The position numbers and the translations under genes are program-made. 64,000 bases of DNA from the NCBI GenBank assembly GCA_013239625.1, contig MU053652.1, positions 1,116,001 to 1,180,000 on the forward strand, in the 5' to 3' direction. A model generated the notes under the pieces. It was not told where the DNA came from. It was given only the letters and a program-made list of their open reading frames with translations, and searched no databases. This document shows positions 50,523-62,460 of this stretch, in pieces; the first letter of the stretch is position 1, and the number at the start of each line of letters is the position of its first letter. The DNA comes from Lama guanicoe (taxonomy: Eukaryota).

Positions 50523-52594
50523 AAGAACAGTATATTCTGTATGATCACATCAATTTTGGAGAAAAAAATGTATGTTCTTAATATATTAGTCATTGTTATT
50601 TATGGGTAGTGGGTATTTATGTGTGATTTAAACTTTCAGCCCTTTGTTTATCTACATTTACTACCATGAACACATGTAATTTTTAATAAGCAAAAGTTAC
50701 TTAAGAAAGATTAAGTTAAAAATGTTTAAAATTAAGAATTTAAAAATAAAATCAATGTAAGTAATTTAAATATCTATAATATATACAAACAAAATACAAC
50801 ATGAAGGACTTGGGAATACAATTTATAAGATGCTTTCGATCAAGCAGAATAAGATGAACACTACCAGAATAATACAAAATCACCATTTATTGAGCTCCCA
50901 GTGAATGCCAGATGCTGTCCGTGCCAGGTGTTCTGAATACATTAACTAAAACAAAGTAATAAGGTAAAAAAGTCCCATATTTAAATTAATCAACTGATAG
51001 TAAGAGCAAAAATGCAGAAATATCTGAAGACAAGTTTTAGTCCTTACAGAAGCCTCTAGCACTCATTCATCCTTGAGAAACTCCTTCACAGCTGATCTTG
51101 GGGATAAGTCACTTTTTCTTTCTCCTGGACACCAGGCATCAAGAGGCAATACATTCAAATGGTTCCTCGGGCTCCAACCCACTCTAGATAGTCTCTGTCT
51201 CTGGTCAAGACCCTAAGAGAACCTCCTAGTCCCCAATCTAGTCCCCACCTCCTACCCTTATAACCACAAGGACCAAGCAGCCCTGTGCAATGACCACTGC
51301 GCTACCCTAAAGCTTCGAGAAACGTATGTGACTTGGTACATAGAAGATGAAGCAATGTATCAGTCAATACTTTTTGTGGCAACTTAACAGAAAACAAGAC
51401 TCAGATGTGTTTCCTCATGTAACTCAAAAATCCAGGAAGACCTCTGGCTTCAGGTAAGACTTGATTCAGAGCCAGGAGATGTGACCAGGGCTCAGTTTCT
51501 CTCTCTCCAGTTCTCAGCTCTGTTCTCTCTGGGCTGGCTCCATTCTCAGCCAGGTTTCTATATCCTTCCCATGCAGTGGGAGCCTATTCCAGTAGATTCC
51601 TCAGGAGAAGAAAGACATTCATCTCTCCTAGAAGCATCAGGAGATCTGCTGATAAGCTTAGGCCACTCAGGAACCTCACTCTCACCCCTTGATGGAGTTG
51701 AGGGTGGAGACAATCTCCTTCAATCGGATAACTGAGAAAGGAAAAGAGTGAGCCTGTGAATAGGAAATTTGAATATTAATGAAGGGAGAGCAGAGATGCA
51801 AATGTTGAGAAGAACAGCAGTTCTTTGATTTTAGGAAGCTGGGGAAGACTTCACTGCGAAGGTGACAGAGGAGCTGGAGCTTTACAGACATTCATGACCT
51901 GAAGAACAGAAGGAAAGTCTTTCTAGATGGAGGTAACAGCATGCTGAGTGGTTCAGAGTTATGAAAAGTACTGGACTACTTAGAAATGGGGAAAAATTTA
52001 GTGAGATGGTAATCACAGGTACACAGAGAGAGAGAGAGAGAGAGGGGCTGGGATCAGATCCTGCCTGACTAGTAGCCAACAGATGGAATGCAAATACATT
52101 TCATTGAGATGTATTTACTCTCAGTACATGACCTGGTCCTAGAATCCTGGATGCAGTACACCAACACTTGTGGATTTCCCTAAAACCTGATTCAATAACC
52201 TTAGCAACCAGCTTGACGATAAAACAAAAGAGAACCAATTTGGAGGACTTGCCTTCCATTATGGTGAAACTATTTGATTTCCCGCTACCGAGGTGACGTT
52301 ATTGAATGTAGAGTTGGGATGTCACTGAATGTGGAACGGCTCTTCCATGTCAGTGGGAGCCTGCATAGCACTGTTTTAAATCCCTCACTCTGGGACTGCC
52401 TTGGACATACCTGTTCCACTGCTTCCTCTTTTATTTCTCTTTTGACTTTCTCAGTTTCATAGATGACACTATAATAGATTATAATAGATTCTGAATATTC
52501 CTGTTAATTATTAAATATTCTGGATTCTAGCTTTCCTGTAGAGGATTCACTTATCCCCTAAGTTATATTCTATCAAACAAATTTTTCTCTCTTT

Positions 52595-53135
52595 AATTTT
52601 ATTTTTTTAATGAAGTATTACATCTTACAAATTGTCAAGTGCACAAATCTTAAGCATCCATCTCAGTGAATTTTTACAAATGCATACAATCATGTAATAA
52701 CCACACTATAAAATATTTCCAGCATACCAGAAGTCTCTAGTGTGCCCCCTCCCAGTTAACCCCACTCACAAAAGTAGCACCTACTCTGATACCTACTATC
52801 ATAGATTAGTTTTGCCTGTTCTTGAACACCATGTGGACTTATGCATATGTATTTTTCTGTGTCTGTACTTTTTTGCTTAATATCCTGTCCATGACATTCA
52901 GCCATGTTGTTGAGTGTAGCAATAGTTTATTCTTTTTGGTGTAGTATAGCATTCCATTGTATGAATATGCCACAATTTATTTATCCATTCTAAAGTTGGT
53001 GGACATTTAGGGCTCTTGTGAATAAATCTGCAATGAATATTTCTGTTTGCATCTTTTGGTAGACATAAACATTCATTGCTGTTCTGTATATTCACAGGAG
53101 TGGAACTGCTGGGTCATTAGCTAGTGCACGTTAGC
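52595..53135 (-). mobile_element. Old L1MC/L1ME 3' fragment
   Basis: gtgcacaaatcttaag...tagattagttttgcctgttcttgaa...cattccattgtatgaatatgccacaatttatttatccattc. Confidence 0.8.
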
Positions 53136-56100
53136 AAATGAAATGATGAAGCCTCCCGTATTCCCACAGGGAAGTTGTATGATTCATGCCAGGTTTGAAC
53201 CACCTCTGTACTGGACACCTGCATCGCCATCTCACAGCTGTGCACTGTCCTTCCCCATCTGCTTAATAATCACGGTTGCCACGGTTCCAGCAGCCATTGC
53301 AGTATCTCGCATCCAGCATCACAGCCCTGGCTTGTAGGGCTTGTGAAGGCAGTTTCTCATGGGAGAGCAGCATGGGGTGGTTGCAAGTACTATACTGAAT
53401 AGCTAGAGATCTGGAATCTTCTGGGGCTCTGATGTAACGAGGCTGTGTGATCTTAAGCAACTCAGCCTCTCTGGGAAACAAAGAGGAAGATTAGATCCCT
53501 TCAAAGTCACTTTGATTTGAAAGTTCCATGACTCCTAATGAGTGAATTGTATTGTCCAGATTCTTGTTCTAGGCTGAGAGTTGGGACACACTATGCTTTG
53601 ATGTGAGTACCATCCTTGCATGCCTCTCCCCGCCGGGGAAAAAGTGGAACCAAACAGGACAACACACTCGGGTGAGGACCAGTTGTGTGAAATATATACT
53701 TAAGGACATTTCCACACCATTAGCATCCATAAACACGTGTTTCTCTGCCAGCACCACAGCAGAAGTGCTCATGTAACCTTGCTGCATTTCAAGCATTTGT
53801 TATTTGGAAGAAAAGAGGCTAACAGCTTGCATTTCAGAAATCTCTCAAGATCCCTGACAGGTAGACATTGTTAAAGGGTTAGGAGAATGTCCCTGTGCTC
53901 TCAAATAAAAATGGTTTGAAAATTTATCAAGGCCAGAGGAGCCATTCAGGTGAGATGACAGATGGGATGTTTGTGCCTGTTTAAAGATTAGAGATGAGAA
54001 ATGAGTCTCTTCTGACTTGGGCTCTGTTTGGCCGAGATGATCACTCTAAATCCAGCACAAAGGCAAGGAAAAGGCCCTGGAACCCTCGCAGGGCTTGAGC
54101 ATGGATGAGACAGGAGCTAGGGTGGGTTGGTCTCTCAGTCTCTGGATAGACCTTTCCCCACTCTCTGGCCTCCCTCCTTCCATCCCAGATACCAATACTC
54201 AGACTTTAGTCACTGTATTCTGATGAGCATAGGATAGGGAGAAAAGAAATGAGGAATCAAGGGGAAAAAAAAACATAAAAGTGAAAAAAAGGAACAGCAG
54301 AATGTCCAGGAAATGGCAGAGAATGGCCTTTTAGAAATCTGCTATAAATTTGCTGAGACATTACTCTAGAATAATCTTTATGCCAGAGGTGCTAGGAAAT
54401 TTTCTTGGTGCATTGCCAAGTTATAGTCCATGAGTAAAATTTATTTTGGCTGCACGTCTGTTAAGCAGGTGGTCATCAGAGCCCATCCTATGACACAATG
54501 AGGCACAACAGATACAATTTATTATGAACAAGAAATTAGTAGCAAAGGGTACTAAGAAGCCTCATGATTTTACTAGATGCATGGGTTGTGCAGTAAATGA
54601 GATACAAAAGGGCGACCGTGAGATTTGTGCCATTACTGGGTATACTTTCAAAGACACAGAGAAAACATGGTTATATTGTACTTCTAATTATTGATGACTT
54701 GTTTCATGCTATTTTGGGTTTTTTAAACTCATGTGTGCTGCACAAAATTCTTATATGCAAAATGTCACGTAAGTGCACTCATGTGTGCCCCCCCACACCT
54801 ATACACTCACACTGAGAACTACTGTTTTAGGGTTTCATTGCTTTCATATGAGTCCACATACAATAATTGGTGGGGAAAGCTTTAAGGCTGATGTCCTGTT
54901 ATGGCTTGTTGAATAAGTTTTAGTCCATATTTTTTAGAATGTCCTTATGTTGATTGTACTATGTAAGAAGCCCTTTGAAACTGGTTTGCTATAACTATGG
55001 CAACTATATGTCCTAGATTTTCTAGGATGATCCTGATTTCAAGGTCTGATTTAATTGTCTTTGTCAGTATACAAATAATAGTTCATGCACTCTAATTTTT
55101 AGCTCAGAAAACATGATGGTTATACCTATATTTTACTTCAGCACAGGTCATAAAGTCTGAGTGCCTCACTGCACGGCTGGAATGCTACTCAATAGAGCTG
55201 GGGGAGGGCCACTATGAACACACTGATTAGCTTTTCTAGCTGGGGACCAGGAATGGGTGTCTCCTTCCTGAGAATTCATCATGTCAGTTCATTTCTTTCT
55301 GTTTTTGCCCCTCCTTCTCATCTGTTCTTCCTTCACTCCTAAATAGTATCTCAGGGATACTCAAGTGATGTATGGAGACAGGTAGAAGAGGGACCACCAG
55401 GATTTCACCTTCTGCAACTTATTGTTTAAAGTTGGGATTGAAAAAATCAGAGTACGTAGTGTAAACCTTCTACCTTCTGGAATTGTGTTTGTTAGAGTGA
55501 GTTGGAAATCTAGGTGAATTTTTTTCCTGGGGAAGGGGGCATTAGGGATGATTGGAATTTTGACAGCGAAAGCATTTATTTATTTGTTTCATTTCTGTTG
55601 ATCTGCAGCATTAATTCCAAAGGTTTCACATGGTGAGAAAGTAAGAAATATCTCAAGATGAAGGAGTTGGAAGGTAATACTGCTCGATGGCCAAGCTAAG
55701 ATTGGGGAAGAATCAAATTCAGTTCTCCACTCTCTCCACTCTGCATCCAAGGAAACTGTGACATCCAATGTTTTTATTTAGGGTGCTGGTTTCTTGGCTG
55801 GAGACTGAAGAAAATATTATGTTATATTATTGTAGACATTTGGGTAGACCTCATGTGATTATGAAGGTTCCTTGGTAAGATGCCCCAGAACCTAGGATAC
55901 ATGGAACAGCTGGGCCTCAGGAAGACTAGGAGCTTTGACTGAGTCAGCCATTACAAAACAGCCAACAGCCATTACTGTTGGAAGGCCTTTCTGAATCGCA
56001 GGCAACTCTAGAAGCTTCTGGACCTGTGGTTCTTCACTCCAGTGCTCTGCTACATGTAGGGCTAAGCTAATTCTTGAAGGTCTGTTTCATTGTGGTCTCT

Positions 56101-56244
56101 CTTTTGATTAGCTTATTTTTTTGCACCTTGAAGTTTCCCAGTTTCTTTCTTTTTCTTTTAAAATCGCCACCCCCCGCCCCCTGCCGCCCATTTTGGACTT
56201 CACTGAATGCTAAATCAACTTCTATCATATTTGGTTAGCTATGC

Positions 56245-56900
56245 CAGCCTTATTGATATGTAATTTACATATGATAAAGTCCATTCATTCTAAGTGTGCA
56301 ATTCAATGTGTGTTAGTATATTTATGGAGTTAGGCAACTATCACCATAATCTAATTATAGAACATTTTTATAATCCCCTCAAATAAACTTAATACCAACT
56401 AGAAGTCACTTCTCATCTCACCCTCTCTCTGCCTCTCGCAAGCCTAATCTACTGAAATTTCCATAAATTTGCCTGTTCTGGACATTTCATTTAAATGGAA
56501 TCATACCATATGTAGTCTTTTATGTCTGGCTTCTTTTACTCAGCATAATGTTCTTGAAGTTCATCCATATTGCAGCACATGTCAGTATTTCATTCCTTTT
56601 TATTGCTGAATAATATTCCATTGTCTGGATGTACTACATTTCATTTATCTTGTCATCAGTTAATGAACATTTGAGTTGACTTTATGCTGTTATAAATGAC
56701 ATTGTTTTCTTAATTTAATTTTGGCTTGTTATGCTAGTATACAGAAATACAATTGATTCTTGTATGTTGATTTTGTATCTTGCAACCTTGCTGAACTTTT
56801 AAAAACATTAGTTCCAACAGATCTTAGTGGATTTCTTGGGATTTTTCTATTTATCACAACATATTATCTACAAGCAGAGATAGTTTTACTTCTTTTCCAC
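56245..56900 (-). mobile_element. Old L1MB/L1MC fragment
   Basis: tttgcctgttctggacatttcatttaaatggaatcata...tgtctggcttcttttactcagcataatgtt. Confidence 0.8.
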
Positions 56901-57419
56901 TTTTATTCTTCTTTCATTCCTTTTATTCTACTTTTTCTTCTTACAGTGTCTATTTCCATCTAACTTTAGTTTGCTATGATGCCTCATGGTTTTGTCAGTG
57001 TCATAGTTTCTCTCTTTGCTGTCTTTTCCTATGCTCTGAATTTTCAAGTTCAAATAGAGAGAGAAAAGGGAAAAAGACACAGAAAATCTAATTATCTCCA
57101 GTGTTAACTATTATTTTTGTTTCCTTTGCTTTCTGGTTCATAGCTCTCTGGCTAATAAGTGCTGCCTTTTGGTTAGATGATCACTAATAAGCTGTGGTCA
57201 GAGAGAAATGGAGACCACAGATTCTGGTTATCTCAAGAAATTTTCTTTGGAAGAGGCTGTAGGTGTGGCCTGGCTTTGAAACAGATACGGATAGAATACT
57301 ATTGTTATAGTAGGCATTTTTCCAAGATAAGTTGTATTTTTTTAAAATTTAGAAGGTTTCTTTGTAATGTTGATTGGAATAGATTATGAATTCTAAAATA
57401 TTTTAATTTATTTAAATTA

Positions 57420-57600
57420 AAACATTTAAATTGAGGTATAACTGACATGCAATATTACATTATTTTCAGGAGTACAACATAATGACTCAATATTTGTGTA
57501 TATTGTGAAATGATCAGCACAATAATTGTAGCTAATGTCTGTCTACCATACATAGTTACAATTTTTTTTCTTGTGATGTGGACTTTCAAAATCCACTAGA
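57420..57600 (-). mobile_element. L1MA-type 3' tail
   Basis: ttgaggtataactgacatgcaatattacattattttcaggagtacaacataatgactca. Confidence 0.75.
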
Positions 57601-58984
57601 GTTAAAAATATTGTATTGTATATATTAAGTATTATTAAATTGCCTTATAAGACCACTTACATGTTTCTGTTACCTTCTCATCTTATTTGGTTGGAAGAAC
57701 TCATTCAATATTTTAAGGAGATAAATATCTTCAAGATAATTAATTGTACCTTCATCTCTCTACTCTCTCCAAGAAACTCTTTCTTTATAATAAGTTATTT
57801 TGGTAAGAATTTATTAAGCATCTCTTTTATGTAGGAACTTCAATACATGCTATATGTTGGGGTAATAAATGAGAAGGCTGTGTTTGTAGAGGGGAGGTCC
57901 CAAAGAAATGAGAAATATAATTCCTGGGATTTTTAGTTCTCTATAGAAGGAAGGTTAAACATATTATACAACTTGAGAACACATACAAAGTTACATGTCG
58001 TCTCAAAACTGCAAAGTAGCATTGTACATTTTGGATACACATATGTTGAAAAGAACAAAAAGATGACATGTAATAAATTCAATACTCTGTCACTGACCAG
58101 GCATACAGAAATGAAAATGACATAGTCTCTGCCCTAAAGATTTCTACATTAATAAATCAGCACATAATTGGAGCTAAGAAATGTTCTGGCATTTTTGTGT
58201 TTACCTTTGCAATAAAAGGATGCCATGCTGTGTTGTGGCTGGCTGCCTTTAATGTTGAAAGGGACTACCTGAAGATAGTACCATAACTAATCTAATTTCT
58301 AAAGAGAATACATATGCCTCTCTAAGACTAAGGTCATATGGCTAAACTTATATGTCACAGAATATTTGGTAAAAAATATTTTTTCGGATGTGTATGTAGA
58401 TAATTTAAATATTATTTATGTGTTTTGTGGAGGTGAAATACTGACCTAGCAACTGTCCAAAATAAAACTCAAGTTTGTCTGATACAGTTTTAATTCCTCC
58501 ACTAACTTATGCTGTCTTTGGCAATCACTTTTCTCTGCCTCATCCGATTATATACCTGAAGTGGAAGGAGACACACACAAATAAATGTTCTGCATGCTTG
58601 GTGCAAATAACTGATTTTCTGTTTTCTCATATGCAGATTTGAAAACCATAATGCTTAAAATTTTACCTTACAAAAAAGAAATTAAAGAGTACACAGTTCA
58701 GGAAGTAAAGCCATAGGGCAAATACAGCTGTTGCTGTTACGTGTTCTTTTTTATTTTATTTTTTTAACTTTATTACTGGCTAAGACTAAAATAAAGGCTA
58801 CATTTTGCCTTAGGGATTTGTTTTATAGGCATCTAGGAATCGCTCCATTAGGAGAGTTCATCCCCTCAATAAACGGTGAGTTCCTTTAGGAAGGAGATTG
58901 TATCTTTCAGCTCGCTATCCTAAGTTTCTAGAATACTGTCTTCAAAGCATGCTTTGTCAGATGAATGAACTTCCTTGAAAGTTG

Positions 58985-59800
58985 CCCGGTAAGAAACTTT
59001 TCAGGCAGTAAAGACCATAACTCCCATAAGGCCATGCTCCCGGGGCGCTCTCCATTTGAAGGCGAGAATGTCCCAGCATTCATCGCGCCAGACGGAGACT
59101 ACAATTCCCAATATACCCAGGGGCTCCGGAAACCTTGTCAAACACTGCCTGTTGCCATAGCATCCGGGTCCGCACCAACCAACCCGAGCGCTTCTGCTGT
59201 GAAGAGGCGGGCCGTTTGTATCTCCGACCAACCGGAGGCATTTTTGTTTTGGCGCGTGACAGGAAGAGGCGGGAGCTCAGGACCCGCGCCTTCTCCTTGC
59301 TTCTCGGGGTCGTGGCCTTGCTCCCGCTGTGCAGAGCGAGAGTCCGGGCGCGTCCACGCGCGTGTGTGCCCGTGGAGCCTGTAGTGTTCGTGAGGCCGCG
59401 CTAAGTGTCTGTGGAGGCAGAAGCAGAAGCCATGGGCGGGACGGCTAGCACCCGCCGGGTCACCTTTGAGGCGGACGAGAATGAGAACATCACCGTGGTG
59501 AAGGGCATCCGGGTGAGTGGCAGTGGTCGGGCGGAGGGCCAGCACTCGGACTCGGACCCTAAACCTCCGGCTTTTCCGGGTCTCGCTCAGCCTGGTTTCC
59601 CCCGTCCGGCTCCCCCAGTGTTGTCCGGCCCGAAGCCGAGTTCTCTGCAAAGAACTTTGAAGTTTATCAAGACTTGGGGCATTCTTTCTGAGATAGTTCC
59701 TGGTTGTTTGCAAAGTGCTGAGCACTGTGCCGGGGCGGCTGGGGGATGCCAGGTTGATTTAGACCCTGCAAGGGCTCGGAGGCCAGCCTTGACCGCATTG
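58985..59800 (+). promoter_or_regulatory. CHCHD3: CpG-island promoter of CHCHD3
   Basis: Only CpG-dense stretch of this size in the window. Contains GACTACAATTCCCA (59097-59110), GTTGCCATAGCATC (59151-59164), GGCGGG boxes and ACAGGAAG; no obvious TATA box. Confidence 0.9.
59432..59512 (+). CDS. CHCHD3: CHCHD3 (MIC19, MICOS subunit) coding exon 1, 27 codons MGGTASTRRVTFEADENENITVVKGIR; gene continues beyond the window
   Basis: Peptide matches the known mammalian CHCHD3 N-terminus (human MGGTTSTRRVTFEADENENITVVKGIR). Strong Kozak gccATGG, phase-0 donor CGG|GTGAGT at 59513, inside a CpG island. Exon 2 was not found in the remaining sequence. Confidence 0.97.
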
Positions 59801-61784
59801 TTTACTACTTGTGGGACTTTATTTGAAACCCTTACCCTACTGTACCCATCTGTGAAATAGTCTTGTCTGTGTTCTCCTGGGTTCAGGAGCCAAACCTTGC
59901 TTTTGCACTGCCCACATCACCTCACTCAGGATGAATTGGCGTTTTAAGGAACCCTTTATCTCTTCTCTGTCATTTAGTACTCTCGGATACGGCCCATTCC
60001 CCCAACACATGCATACACACCTTAGACTTCTCTGGCCTGTCTCAGGTGACTTTTGGCTTCTCCTTCTACTTTGGCTCAACACCTTGACTCTCCCAGGCAT
60101 CTCCTCTGTGATCTGCACTGCCTAGGTTTTGGACTAGGCCCAGTTGCTTCAAGCCTAGCGTCTGCCAGTCTGATAGGACTTGAGATAGGATTGCAAACAA
60201 GTTGTTATACCACTGGAAGTAGTACAGTCAGTTCCGGCGGAGACACTGGATAGAATTTTTAAATGCTCCCCTGCATGTGTTTGATATATAAACTGAAAAC
60301 TTGATTTTTCTCTAAGGTGTCAGTATACCAGTATTAACTTAATTAACACTCTCTGCTGCACCTGAATTTGGAGCCTCACAATTTTGAAAGTATGACTCCT
60401 GAGCCTAGTAAATAAAGCTATTTGATTTCAGAAAGTTATATACTGTTTTCTGTTTTTCCTCCTCTGTCATTACACAACCAGCATAAGTAAATTAAATGTG
60501 TGTAAATTGTCTAGCATTTGTTACTAGGAATTAAAACTTCTTAAGTATTTAAAGTGTTTAAAAACTTCTTATTCTGAAGCTGTTACCTTGAGAAGAATTT
60601 ATTAAAGTTTTCCTTAGAGAAACTCAGACTGTTGAACTCAGTATTTGGTCTGTGATTAGCATATCCTTATATCACACTAATTAAAAGCAGTACTACATTT
60701 TGTAATAAAATGTCTGAGGCTGCATTCTTTACACTGTTGTGGTTTAGTTGGTACTCTTTGGAGTAAAATAAAAATTTCTGTGAACTCTTGAGTTTTATGC
60801 AGAGATTTGTTTCATCTTGCCTTTAGGCTTTGCGTCTTCCACACCAGAGGGTGAAAAGAAACAAAAGTAAGAAAAAGCAAAGTAAGTTTTGGGCGAGAAG
60901 ATGTTGGCTAGAAAAATGTATAAATTCATATTCTCATGCTCTAGTACAGTGATGACAGCAAACAAAATTAAAACAAAATTGAGCCATAGCACAGAGGTTC
61001 ATATCAAGTATTAGATAAGGTTAAATAGGATAAATAAGAAAAAGGGTTGATACTAGATTTAATGGAGAGATTGTGTGAAAAGCCTTGTAAAAAAAAACTT
61101 TTAAGAAAAGAAGCTATGTCCTTTGGCCACTCAGCTTGGTGGAAATATTCTTTTATTTTTTTCTTTTTCATAGAGTACATTGTATATTCTTATAGTTCAA
61201 GCACACACCATGCTCATTTTGACCTCTGTGCTTCTCTTTTCTTGAGTTTATACCCTTCACCTGGAGTGCCCTTGCAACGTTCTCCCTGTTGCTTTACATC
61301 TTTTTTCAAAGGTGACTTTCAATCTCTGAACTTCAGTTTTCTCACCTGCAGAATGATGAGGCTTGAGTACACCTCTAAGATTTCTATCTTCCATTTCTGA
61401 AATTCTGTGAGTCTAGTGGCATTGTAAGTTTCCTGTAGCCATACTCAGTCCGTTGCACTTTCCCATAAAAATAGCATGCTGTGGAATTGTTGACTACTTC
61501 GGAGTCATTCTGATTTCTTTGAGGTCATGGTCAAGATAACATCAGGTTGGAGTTAAACAGACCTCAGTTAAATCTGAGACTAGGCATTTACTAGTCTGCG
61601 GCCTTGCACTTCTCTAGTATTTCCTTATCTCCAAAGGGGAATATCATCTCTTGATTGTGGTAAGAAGATGAGGTCAGGTATTTAAAGCATGGGGCACATC
61701 GTAGATTAACCAAAGGCAGCTGTTATTAATATGATAGGGTTCCTTCGGCATCTGATGTTCTAAGAGTCTTTGGAAGTACTGTGT

Positions 61785-62040
61785 ACTGTAGTGGAAAGAG
61801 CATGTGCTTTGAAACCAGGCAGACCTTAGTTTGGTCCTAGCTCTGCCTCTCACTGGCTGTGTGGCCCTGGACAAGTCACTTTGATTGTGTTTCCCTGTTG
61901 AATATATCTGATAATGTGTCCTACTAGTGATACTACTGTGTCAAGCATTATTCGTGAGAATTTGACATAGTGTATGCCAGCATCTAGCACGGTGCCTGGT
62001 ACTTTGACAGTGTTTAGAACTTGTATGGGTAGTAGCTGTT
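61785..62040 (+). mobile_element. MIR in CHCHD3 intron 1
   Basis: tgtagtggaaagagcatgtgctttgaaaccaggcagacc...ctagctctgcctctcactggctgtgtggccctggacaagtcactt. Confidence 0.8.
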
Positions 62041-62319
62041 ACTGGAGCTGTTCAAGGGAATATGTAAACCTACGTGAACTGAAAATAATAGATGAAAATA
62101 CGAGCATGTTTTGCTTGGACAAGTGTACCTGAGGGTTGTGGACTAGGGAATGGGACTTCTGAGTTCTATCGCTGATTGCCGGTGTAATTTTTTTTTGTCT
62201 GCGTGTTTTGTAGCTGTTTTTAAGGTGATCTGTATATTTTTCTTGGCTTGAAACCATCATTTTGTTTCTCTTGAGGCATGGAGAGGGGTAAGCAACAGTC
62301 TCAGTATCATAAGTGAGCT

Positions 62320-62460
62320 GCTGTTTTTAGCTCAGTTGATTAAAACAGTGCTAATAAGGCCCAGACTTCAGTGTTGAATTGTGGATAGGTTAGTTCAACT
62401 TGGCTGAGGAAAACGTGCCAAATTTGCCCAGTTGTCTGACATTTGTGCCATCACTTGTAA
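62320..62460 (+). mobile_element. Degenerate tRNA-Ile(AAT)-like head, probably a MamSINE1-type SINE
   Basis: ttagctcagttgattaaaacagtgctaataaggcc aligns by eye to tRNA-Ile TTAGCTCAGTTGGTTAGAGCGTGGTGCTAATAACGCC; B box decayed. Confidence 0.6.

Larger units (their letters stand above)
47860..50700 (+). mobile_element. Ancient L1ME-like remnant hosting nested younger L1 insertions
   Basis: ccagtagaaaaatgggcaaagaacatga at about 47887; homology resumes at 49525-49800 and after 50540. Confidence 0.6.

Noticed and set aside
59138..59725. 195-aa antisense ORF and other ORFs over the CpG island
   Set aside because: GC-rich islands are poor in stop codons; non-ATG start and no recognisable domain.
59405..59860. 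151-aa ORF starting at an upstream GTG and running through the CHCHD3 donor
   Set aside because: The real start is the Kozak ATG at 59432, since Gly2 must be N-terminal for myristoylation. Sequence after 59512 is intron.
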